This document shows positions 50,762-58,362 of a DNA stretch of 64,000 bases, in pieces. Every line of letters begins with the position of its first letter. The first letter of the stretch is position 1. The DNA comes from a virus, in IMG/VR virus record IMGVR_UViG_3300025585_000037; one strand, 5' to 3'. The notes below the pieces were generated by a model, which worked only from the letters and a program-made list of their open reading frames with translations, did not search any database and was not told the origin of the DNA. The position numbers and the translations under genes were made by a program.

Positions 50762-51060
50762 GTTTCTTTAGAAATTCCAGGAGTCAAATAAGTTTCACTA
50801 AACTGGAACGGAGCACCCTGCGTTTGAATTGTATAATTCGCTCCTGGACCTGGACGATCTGGAATATTGATATTAGTACCAGTGACTGTATAAGATGTCC
50901 CAGTAGAATATTCTATTTGTTTAATGACCTCAATCACTTCGGTGTGAGTTTTGGTCTCAGAAGTAATTGTGCCACTCGTAAAGTTAGGCGTAACTGGACC
51001 AGCATATGAAGGAGTAATAACTCCCAAGACTGCAACCAGTCCGAGAGTTATATGTCTCAT
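50698..51060 (-). CDS. Putative exported protein
   Basis: MRHITLGLVAVLGVITPSYA| signal peptide; beta-rich Thr/Ser body. Confidence 0.72.
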   Translation of the reverse strand: MRHITLGLVAVLGVITPSYAGPVTPNFTSGTITSETKTHTEVIEVIKQIEYSTGTSYTVTGTNINIPDRPGPGANYTIQTQGAPFQFSETYLTPGISKETWIDRKTVEDSVTNSISVFTQ

Positions 51061-51518
51061 TTGAATACACTTAACTCAACTGTTCTTTGTGCTGTACCAG
51101 TACTTCCAGGACCACCAGCAGTGATAGTAGGGACACCAGTTCCACTAAGAGTACCTGCAAGAGTACCAGCAGAACCACCTAACTGAGTAGTAGAGTCGCT
51201 ATAAAGGTTGGGAGTAGCAATTGTTCCAGAAGCTGCCGACTGAGTGGTGACAACAGTATCCGCAGTAATTGATGTTTCAGAAAAACTAAATGCTTGTCCG
51301 TTTGTATTGATTGCATAAGAACCAGCACCACCAACTCCACCAAGAGTTGTGACGTTAATATTTGTACCTGATGCCGAGTAGGAAGCACCTACTCTGTTGG
51401 ATTGTACCGCAGCACCCTGGACGCCTAATTGGACAGAATCAACAATTTTGTTTGTAATTTCAGCGGCAAATGCAGGTGTAGTGAAGAATAACGAAAAGGA
51501 TAATAGAAGTCTTTTCAT
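51057..51518 (-). CDS. Putative exported protein
   Basis: MKRLLLSFSLFFTTPAFA| signal peptide; G/T/S-rich; TAAATA late promoter on the minus strand at 51548-51543. Confidence 0.75.
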   Translation of the reverse strand: MKRLLLSFSLFFTTPAFAAEITNKIVDSVQLGVQGAAVQSNRVGASYSASGTNINVTTLGGVGGAGSYAINTNGQAFSFSETSITADTVVTTQSAASGTIATPNLYSDSTTQLGGSAGTLAGTLSGTGVPTITAGGPGSTGTAQRTVELSVFK

Positions 51519-51574
51519 TGCTCTAGAGATTATGATCTATCTTATTTAGGAAAGACACTTTCAAAATTGTTCAC

Positions 51575-51603
51575 TTGACAAATCCTAAATAGTCACTTAT
51601 TAT
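51575..51603 (+). promoter_or_regulatory. sigma70-type promoter
   Basis: TTGACA-17-TATTAT. Confidence 0.7.
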
Positions 51604-51731
51604 GATAAATCCCTGTTATGAGTAGGGTAATTGTTATGAGTCTTTGACTTTGATTTAGAGCCGTGGAAGATGCCCTTTGAGAAAAGGTTATACCCCATCT
51701 TTTAGACGGATGTAGAGTTCAATTTTTTTAA

Positions 51732-52352
51732 ATGCTTAAAAACCTAACAAATGTAACCGTAGCGATTCTAGGTGCGGTTGTAACATCAGCGGCAACACTG
51801 CCAACACCGGCTTTTGCTATTAACTCTGTAAGTGAAGAAAGCAAAATTCAGGAGACAGCGACCAATGAGGTTGCTCCAGAAAAACCAAAAATTAAACGGT
51901 TTATTTGTAAAGGATGTAATACCAATGAATCTCTGACATTGGAGTTTCTTCAGAACAATGGTATTACTGATAAGAATGCTCTTGCAACTATTATGGGAAA
52001 CATTCGCCAAGAATCTACCTTTGTTCCTAATATTTGTGAGGGTGGTGCAATAACCTCTTATAGAGGTTGCACACGAGGCGGATATGGTCTAATCCAATTT
52101 ACAAGTCAATCACGTTATAATGGATTAGGTAATTTCGCCGCTCGTTATGGTGGAGACCCATCTTCACTTGATACTCAACTTCGTTATATTATTAATGAAT
52201 CTCAATGGAAAAACATTGAAGATGGATTAAAAGTTCCAGGGAAATCTATTGACCATTATATGCGTTTGGCATATTCCTGGTTGGGGTGGGGTCACCACGG
52301 AGCAAGAACTCAATTTGCATATTCTTATGCAAATCGTTTAGTTCTTTCATAA
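51732..52352 (+). CDS. Exported lysozyme-like protein (phage tail lysozyme family)
   Basis: Signal peptide; ALATIMGNIRQES, GYGLIQFT..R, SLDTQL.Y. Confidence 0.75.
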   Translation: MLKNLTNVTVAILGAVVTSAATLPTPAFAINSVSEESKIQETATNEVAPEKPKIKRFICKGCNTNESLTLEFLQNNGITDKNALATIMGNIRQESTFVPNICEGGAITSYRGCTRGGYGLIQFTSQSRYNGLGNFAARYGGDPSSLDTQLRYIINESQWKNIEDGLKVPGKSIDHYMRLAYSWLGWGHHGARTQFAYSYANRLVLS

Positions 52353-52384
52353 TCCGATAAATACGGGGAGATACTCAAACCTCC

Positions 52385-52564
52385 CCTTGGGCAATTGAAA
52401 GAATTCTTTCAGAATATGATGGAATTATTGAGAAGGCAAATTCAATTTATCGTCCGAGGTATTCTGAATCACCAGTAAATACTTCTGTGTGTTATACTGA
52501 TGAATGTAAGTCTCTGGGTGGTGAGATGCGAATTTGCGCTCCTTTTTACATTGGTTGTAATTAA
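52385..52564 (+). pseudogene. Start-less 3' remnant of a cyanophage gene
   Basis: Open frame ...WAIERILSEYDGIIEKANSIYRPRYSES...CYTDECKSLGGEMRICAPFYIGCN* with an in-frame TAA at 52358 and no ATG before the conserved-looking part. Confidence 0.4.
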
Positions 52565-52603
52565 ATCTTTACTATATAATACGTTATTATTTTTGGAAAC
52601 GTT

Positions 52604-52789
52604 ATGTCCGATACTATTCAACAACTGGTTGACGCTTTTGAGCAATGGAAAGTTGATGACGAAAAATTCGTTGCGGGTAATGCCTCAGCAGGTACTCGTG
52701 CCCGTAAGGCACTTCTAGAATTCTCAAAACTTGCCAAAACTCGCCGTGCAGAAATCAGCGAGGAAAAAACCACCCGCAAGGGGGGTTGA
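52604..52789 (+). CDS. Small basic protein, histone-H1-like (Hc1) family resemblance
   Basis: GNASAGTRARKALLEFSKLAKTRR. Confidence 0.6.
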   Translation: MSDTIQQLVDAFEQWKVDDEKFVAGNASAGTRARKALLEFSKLAKTRRAEISEEKTTRKGG

Positions 52790-52814
52790 CATCTGAGAGA
52801 TTAGGTCTTATAGT
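52786..52814 (+). promoter_or_regulatory. sigma70-type promoter heading the tRNA/ncRNA island
   Basis: TTGACA-17-TATAGT. Confidence 0.75.
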
Positions 52815-52901
52815 TCTCTCATGGGCAGGCGAGGTTCCAACCCTCTCATAAGTCCCGCCCCTCCCATGCCTCTCATAGAAGCACAAACAGGGAGGTCTCT
52901 T

Positions 52902-52973
52902 GGGCTCATAGTTAAATGGAGATAACCCAATTCTTCTAAAATTGTGTTCTTGGTTCGATTCCAAGTGAGCCTG
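52902..52973 (+). tRNA. tRNA-Arg(UCU)
   Basis: Acceptor GGGCTCA/TGAGCCT, D GTTA/TAAC, anticodon CAATT-CTTCTAA-AATTG, T CTTGG-TTCGATT-CCAAG; no encoded CCA. Confidence 0.9.
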
Positions 52974-53150
52974 TTGGAGTATAATGCTCCATATATAAAA
53001 CTGATAGAGGGTAAGTCCCTGTTATATCCTGATGAGGTATATCACACTTACTCCATCAAACAAGTAGGAAGTGCAAACCCTCTCTCTGGGTAATACTGGA
53101 TGAAGGTAAAGGTGATCCTGTCCGCACATAGAGATCCCTCCTACCATTAT

Positions 53151-53222
53151 GCCGTTGGTAGTCTAGTGGCAGGACACCCAGACAATGGAGTTGGATAGCG
53201 GGTTCGATACCCGTTCAGCGGC
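53151..53222 (+). tRNA. Non-canonical tRNA-like element (His-like, G-1:C73, possible AUG anticodon)
   Basis: Acceptor CCGTTGG/TCAGCGG plus an extra G:C; good D and T arms; imperfect, shifted anticodon arm CCAGA-CAATGGA-GTTGG. Confidence 0.55.
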
Positions 53223-53254
53223 ACACACACAACATACACACAAGGAGTAAAACT

Positions 53255-53452
53255 ATGACACCTTACGAACTTCGTTTTGAAATTTTTAAGCAAGCAATGA
53301 CTTTGGCGGAAAGTGAATATTCTGCTTCATATGAAATTGTTCGCTCACATAATGAAAATGGTGAGACAAAATGGAATTATCCTCCATATCCTTCTTATGA
53401 AAAAATTGAAAAACTTGCTGAAAAAATTAATACTTTTGTAAGTTCTAAGTGA
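53255..53452 (+). CDS. Small hypothetical of the tRNA island
   Basis: MTPYELRFEIFKQA; AAGGAG SD. Confidence 0.75.
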   Translation: MTPYELRFEIFKQAMTLAESEYSASYEIVRSHNENGETKWNYPPYPSYEKIEKLAEKINTFVSSK

Positions 53453-53564
53453 AATCAGTGGGGTGGCAACACCCCCGTTAGTGTTCCCCTGCCAATCCAA
53501 AACTCTGGATAAATTTAAAATTAATAAGGTAGTAGACCTTATAAATAAAATAAAAAGGACTACT

Positions 53565-53981
53565 ATGTTAGGTAAATGCTCTTATTGCTCAATAGAATTT
53601 AGATATAATCCAGCAAATAAAACTGGTAAATATTGCTCTAACGCTTGTCAACAAAAGTTTCAAAAAACTAAAAGAATTGATGAGTGGTTGTCTGGTGGTA
53701 AAAAACCTGGTAAAATAGCATTAAGAGAATATCTCACAGAAACACGAGGTTATAAATGTTCTTGTTGTGGGATTACTGAATGGAACAATAACCCAATCAG
53801 TTTAGAGATTGACCATAAAGATGGTGACCCCTATAATGATAGTCCTGATAATCTCAGGTTTATCTGCCCAAATTGCCATTCTCAAACTCCAACATATAAG
53901 GCAAAGAATATGGGTAAGGGTAGAGTTAAAAGGCGTGAGAGAGCACGACAGGACTATCATAGACAATCCCTTGTAGCATAA
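53565..53981 (+). mobile_element. HNH homing endonuclease
   Basis: CSYC/CSNAC Zn motifs, LEIDHKDGD..NDSPDNLRFICPNCH; TATAAATA at 53540; start reset to 53565. Confidence 0.88.
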
Positions 53982-54039
53982 CGGTTACTGCATCCGCCTT
54001 GTAAGCGGAAGATTCTCGGTTCGATTCCGAGCGGGGGAT
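53967..54039 (+). tRNA. tRNA-Thr(UGU)
   Basis: Acceptor TCCCTTG/CGGGGGA, anticodon TCCGC-CTTGTAA-GCGGA, T CTCGG-TTCGATT-CCGAG. Confidence 0.9.
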
Positions 54040-54040
54040 C

Positions 54041-54069
54041 TTGACATAATACTCATTATGTCTTATACT
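54041..54069 (+). promoter_or_regulatory. sigma70-type promoter for tRNA-Gly
   Basis: TTGACA-17-TATACT. Confidence 0.75.
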
Positions 54070-54119
54070 TTTCCTATCCGTGTGAAGGAAAATGTGCTGG
54101 AGAAGAAATTCTCCATTTT

Positions 54120-54191
54120 GCGTCCTTGGTGTCAGCGGCAGCATCCCAGATTTCCACTCTGGAGGGATCGATTCAAATTCGATAGGACGCT
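54120..54191 (+). tRNA. tRNA-Gly(UCC)
   Basis: Acceptor GCGTCCT/AGGACGC, anticodon CCAGA-TTTCCAC-TCTGG, T ATCGA-TTCAAAT-TCGAT, U73. Confidence 0.88.
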
Positions 54192-54240
54192 TCCAAATAA
54201 TTAAATATAGTTCGCTTCCCTTATAAATAACATTGAGTAT

Positions 54241-55143
54241 TTGATTATTTTAATGTTATTTTATCTTTATGTAATTCATTTTGCCGACTTCTTTTACTAT
54301 GTTGGTAAAAGAAAATGCCCGGATGAATATAATCCTTGGAACGATCCTTATACAGGATCTCCAAAAACTCACAAAAATAAATGGAAAAGTACAAAATTTA
54401 CAAAAGTTGTTATTGAGTGTTTTGATTCTGATGAAAAAGTTTCAAAGGCAGAAACTAATTTGTTGTTAGAACTAGATTGGGAAAATGATCCTTATTGTTT
54501 AAATGAATGTTGTGGTGGTAAGTTTTCTTATGATGCTAATAGAAGAGGAGCATTAAGTAGAAATAAACTTCCAGTAAAACAATCTACTAGAGAAAAAATA
54601 AGAGAACGAAATAAAAAATTGTGGAACGATCCAAATTGGGATAAAAAAGAAAAGTTATTAAATATTTTGAAAGAAAATCAACTAAAAGCAGTTAAGGCAT
54701 CAAAAACTCCAGAAGTAATTAAAAAAAGAACAAAAATATTTAAAGAAAGAGGACATCAACAAGGAGAAAAAAACTCTCAATATGGTACATTTTTAATTTA
54801 TAATTTAGAATTGAGGCAGACTAAAAGAATTAAAAATGGAGAAAAAATACCTGAAGGATGGAAAAAGGGGGCAATTTATAACTTTGATTCCTATTTTGAA
54901 AGACAAAAAAGAAAAGAAGAAAGAAAAATTAAAACAAAAGAAAAAAGAAACAATCTTCGACAGGAAAAAGTAAAATTGTATACCGAATGGTATAAAATTT
55001 ATCAACAATCTAGTTTTTTTGAATTTTGTGATATTACGGGATATTCAAAATCACAACAAAATTTATGTGCTAAATTTAAAGAATTTGTAAAAGAATATTT
55101 TCCAAAATGTAATAGCGGAAAAATAAAATCGAAAAAACCGTAA
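54241..55143 (+). mobile_element. GIY-YIG (Seg-like) homing endonuclease; ATG at 54253
   Basis: YLYVIHF..FYYVGKRK, YTGS, E..LL, GEKNSQYGT DNA-binding-like repeat, Lys-rich; TATAAATA at 54222. Confidence 0.75.
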
Positions 55144-55291
55144 AGGATTGACATAATTCCAAAGGTCATGCTACAATAAATAAACCGAGTGACAAAACCT
55201 CAAATACTCGTTAAGTCGCTTGAATAAACGGAGTTAGTCGAAACTCCTTACATCCGCAGGAAACTCTGCGAGAAACTATAGAGGTACTATT

Positions 55292-55666
55292 ATGTTTAAA
55301 CACGCATTCGCAGCTGTTGCTGCTACTACTCCTTTTCTTGCTTCGGCTGCTTTTGCTGGCCCTTATGTAGAAAGCAAGACCACTGCCGCCGCTGTTGACG
55401 GTACTTATAAGGGATCCCAAACTGAACTTCGTGTTGGTTATGAGCAAAAGACCAAAGGTGGTACGACCATCTTCGGTGAAATTGGTCCTGGTTATGAATG
55501 GAACACTGGCAAAACACAAAATCAAGGTGTTGCCGTTGGTGAAGTTGGTGTTAACTTCCCCATCGCCAAGCAACTCTCTGGTAAAGTAAAAGTTGCTGGT
55601 GAGTACGGTTTTACTTCCGAAGTCTTTGCTCTCGGTGGTGAAGTGAAGGTTCGTTACGCTTTCTGA
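55292..55666 (+). CDS. Small outer-membrane beta-barrel (porin-like) protein
   Basis: Signal peptide ...SAAFA|, alternating hydrophobic strands, C-terminal VKVRYAF beta-signal. Confidence 0.7.
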   Translation: MFKHAFAAVAATTPFLASAAFAGPYVESKTTAAAVDGTYKGSQTELRVGYEQKTKGGTTIFGEIGPGYEWNTGKTQNQGVAVGEVGVNFPIAKQLSGKVKVAGEYGFTSEVFALGGEVKVRYAF

Positions 55667-55730
55667 TAAACTACTCATAAGTTGAGTGAAAGCACCCATT
55701 CTTTGGGTGCTTTTTTAATAGGATAATTTC

Positions 55731-55760
55731 CTTAACCTTCTCTTAGTTGACCTTTACTTT
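55731..55760 (+). promoter_or_regulatory. Putative Pho box upstream of pstS
   Basis: CTTAACCT-tct-CTTAGTTG-acc-TTTACTTT with 11-bp period; the first repeat matches the cyanobacterial consensus. Confidence 0.55.
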
Positions 55761-55798
55761 TATTTCTTTTAGAATTTACTTGTAGTTATTCACTTTTT

Positions 55799-56761
55799 AT
55801 GAAACTCAAACACATTTTTGCAATTGGTCTTCTTGCTGCTCCTAGTGCTGTGCTTGCAGGAACGACTTTGAATGGTGCAGGTGCGACATTTCCGGCGCCT
55901 TTGTATCAACGATGGTTTCAGGATTATGCGCGAACTTCTGGTAATCGTGTGAATTATCAGAGTGTCGGGTCAGGGGCTGGTATTCGTCAGTTTGTCGCAG
56001 GAACTGTCGATTTTGCCGCCTCTGATGAACCAATCAAACCCTCAGAAGCAGCAAAAGTAAAGCGTGGTGTTGTTCAAATTCCTATGATCGGTGGAACGAT
56101 TTCTGTTGCATATAATAAACCTGGATGTACTTTAAAACTCACTCAAAAGCAAACCGTAGATATTTTTGCTGGTCGAATCAGTAATTGGAAGCAAGTGGGA
56201 TGTTCTGCTGGTGATATGAAGGTGGTTCATCGTTCTGATGGTTCTGGAACTACCTTTGCATTTACTAACTCTCTGAATGCCTTTGGTGGATGGACTTATG
56301 GTGTAGGTAAATCAGTCAACTGGCCTACTGGTGTTGGTTCAAAAGGTAATGAAGGTGTTTCTGGAACCATTCGAAACACTCCTGGTGCGATTGGTTATGT
56401 AAACACTGGATTTGTTAAGGTAAACAATCTTCAGGCAGCAGCAATTCAAAATAAGGCAGGTAAGTTTATTCTTCCTTCTGCTACTTCTGGTGCTGCTGCT
56501 CTGAATAGCATTACTCTGGATGCTAATCTTGCTGGTGAAAATCCAAATCCTTCTAGTGCTGGTGCATATCCTATTTCTACTTTGACTTGGATTCTTGCAT
56601 ATAGAACTGGTAATGGTGCTAAGGCAGATGATATTCGTAGTGCTCTAAAATATGCTTTAAGTGCAGACTCTCAAATGATTGCCGATGATTTGGGTTATGT
56701 CCCTCTTGCAGGGTCTGTTTTAAATAAAGCACGAATTGTTGTGAATCGTATTCAAAACTGA
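55799..56761 (+). CDS. pstS: Phosphate ABC transporter substrate-binding protein PstS
   Basis: GAGATFPAPLY, YQSVGSGAG, DFAASD, HRSDGSGTT, GAYPI. Confidence 0.96.
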   Translation: MKLKHIFAIGLLAAPSAVLAGTTLNGAGATFPAPLYQRWFQDYARTSGNRVNYQSVGSGAGIRQFVAGTVDFAASDEPIKPSEAAKVKRGVVQIPMIGGTISVAYNKPGCTLKLTQKQTVDIFAGRISNWKQVGCSAGDMKVVHRSDGSGTTFAFTNSLNAFGGWTYGVGKSVNWPTGVGSKGNEGVSGTIRNTPGAIGYVNTGFVKVNNLQAAAIQNKAGKFILPSATSGAAALNSITLDANLAGENPNPSSAGAYPISTLTWILAYRTGNGAKADDIRSALKYALSADSQMIADDLGYVPLAGSVLNKARIVVNRIQN

Positions 56762-56819
56762 TAATCTAAATAAATTAAGAGAGGATTAGTCCTCTCTTTT
56801 TTTGTATCTACTAAATTTT

Positions 56820-56978
56820 ATGCACATTAACATTTGGGAATGTAAAGAAAATAATCTTTGGCATTGGACTGTTTGTGATGGATCAAGACCCATTCTCAAA
56901 CAAGAATCTGGAAAAAGTGATACCTATCAAGAAGCAATGAATGATGTTGATATAATTATGAAGAAAATGACGGCATAA
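56820..56978 (+). CDS. 52-aa hypothetical (not in ORF track)
   Basis: Hand translation MHINIWECKENNLWHWTVCDGSRPILKQESG... Confidence 0.55.
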   Translation: MHINIWECKENNLWHWTVCDGSRPILKQESGKSDTYQEAMNDVDIIMKKMTA

Positions 56979-56999
56979 ATATATAAAAAATGTGGTATA

Positions 57000-57557
57000 A
57001 TGGAGAAACTTTTTAAATTACTGAGCGATATTCAGGCAAATCTTTTTCTTCTCTTTCATAAAACTTGGGTGTTTCATTGGAATGTAGTTGGATCTGATTT
57101 TCAACAAATTCATACATTGTTCGGTGGACAATATGAAACTATGTTTGAAGAGATTGATCGTCTTTCTGAACACATGCGATACCTCAATATACGCCCCATA
57201 GGGACGCTTTCAAGAATTGTTGAGGTATCAACCATTGGGCAGGGTTCAGATGCCGTACAGGTCGATGAAATGGGTCAGAAACAGATTATTCCTGGTAAAC
57301 CCATCACAAAGTCCGATGACATGGTGAAAAGATTGATGACAGATAATATGATTCTTCTTGAACTTCTTACTGAAGCATCTGAAGAAGCAGGAAATCAAAG
57401 ATCTTATGCCACAGAAAATCTACTTCAAGATTTGATGGAGTCTCATGGAAAGTTTGTTTGGATGCTTCGTTCGGTAGTAGAAAAAACTTCAAAATTATCA
57501 GTCGAAGATTCTGAACAAACTCCAATTGTTGTACCACAAGAAATACCCCAATATTGA
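57000..57557 (+). CDS. dps: Dps / ferritin-like DNA protection protein
   Basis: FHWNVVG.DF.QIH.LF..QY...FEEID.LSEH ferroxidase pattern; KFVWMLRS. Confidence 0.85.
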   Translation: MEKLFKLLSDIQANLFLLFHKTWVFHWNVVGSDFQQIHTLFGGQYETMFEEIDRLSEHMRYLNIRPIGTLSRIVEVSTIGQGSDAVQVDEMGQKQIIPGKPITKSDDMVKRLMTDNMILLELLTEASEEAGNQRSYATENLLQDLMESHGKFVWMLRSVVEKTSKLSVEDSEQTPIVVPQEIPQY

Positions 57558-57563
57558 TTTGAA

Positions 57564-57818
57564 ATGGAAAACTTAAAAATTAGATGCCGTTCTTGCGGTA
57601 AAGAACTAGAAGGACATTCTAGTAAGTCAGTTTCTTGTGGTTGCCCGAATATGGCAACCATTCGTGGAGATAAGGTTTCTGCAGTTGACTTATCGCAAGT
57701 AATTATGTTAAACTCTTATCACAAATCAAAAAATAATGTCCTCACGAATGAAGATATTATGTGGCAAGAGTATCGTCGTCAGCGTAAAGTTAGACGACTT
57801 GATTTTGAAGTTCGTTGA
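57564..57818 (+). CDS. Small Cys-rich (Zn-finger-like) hypothetical
   Basis: CRSC...CGCPN. Confidence 0.7.
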   Translation: MENLKIRCRSCGKELEGHSSKSVSCGCPNMATIRGDKVSAVDLSQVIMLNSYHKSKNNVLTNEDIMWQEYRRQRKVRRLDFEVR

Positions 57819-57826
57819 GGACTCTT

Positions 57827-57908
57827 AGAAAATAGCACCAATGGTTGGTAAATCGCCTTGAAAGCGATGCCAGGTTCACGCCTGATGGTTCGATTCCATT
57901 ATTTTCTG
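57827..57908 (+). tRNA. tRNA-Ser(UGA), long variable arm
   Basis: Acceptor AGAAAAT/ATTTTCT, anticodon ATCGC-CTTGAAA-GCGAT, variable arm CAGG-TTCACG-CCTG, G73. Confidence 0.8.
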
Positions 57909-58009
57909 TTTAAATTTAACATTTTCTTAAGCACTTTGTTGAATTCAACACATAGTTGACAGTTTAGAAGTGCTCGCTAGCATAACTAGTAGTATTCCAT
58001 CTAAACCAT

Positions 58010-58159
58010 ATGGATCAGCACACTTACGACAATTGGTGCAAGATCAAGGTCACCTTTGAGGTATCTGGTAATACGGATAATATGTTTTATAAAAGAGCGG
58101 TAGAAATTGTAAAAACACGCAGAGACCCTCTTGCAAAGTTTCTTGGAGATGAAAAATGA
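58010..58159 (+). CDS. 49-aa hypothetical (not in ORF track)
   Basis: Hand translation MDQHTYDNWCKIKVTFEVSGNTDNMFYKRAVEIVKTRRDPLAKFLGDEK*; ATGA overlap with the next ORF. Confidence 0.65.
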   Translation: MDQHTYDNWCKIKVTFEVSGNTDNMFYKRAVEIVKTRRDPLAKFLGDEK

Positions 58160-58362
58160 TGGAACCTTTTGACGATGATTATGTAACCCGTAGTGAAGTA
58201 CAGGAGATGATCGATGCAGCAATACGACGACATAACCGTAATGCTTCTATCATTAGTATGTGCGTCGGTTGGGTGGTTCTTGCTTTATTTGCTGAGGGAC
58301 TATTGAGACTTATAGGTGTGATACCACCATTACTTCCTTTTCTCAAGATTACTTTAAATTAG
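58156..58362 (+). CDS. Small membrane hypothetical
   Basis: IDAAIRRHNRNASIISMCVGWVVLALFAEGLLRL. Confidence 0.7.
   Translation: MMEPFDDDYVTRSEVQEMIDAAIRRHNRNASIISMCVGWVVLALFAEGLLRLIGVIPPLLPFLKITLN

Noticed and set aside
52500-52718. 72-aa plus-strand ORF overlapping the H1-like gene
   Set aside because: Spans a remnant, an intergenic stretch and another frame of a better-supported ORF; no SD
53020-53075. Hammerhead core CTGATGAG
   Set aside because: No following stem II-GAAA-stem III arrangement; the motif sits in a simple hairpin loop
53000-53125. RNase P-like words (GAGGGTAAGTCC, AAGTGCAA) in the inter-tRNA RNA
   Set aside because: No complementary P4 3' strand or CR-V (ACAGAA...GGCUUA), and too short for the catalytic domain
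53221-53245. CA-rich microsatellite-like run
   Set aside because: Short unstructured leader before an AAGGAG SD; no further signal
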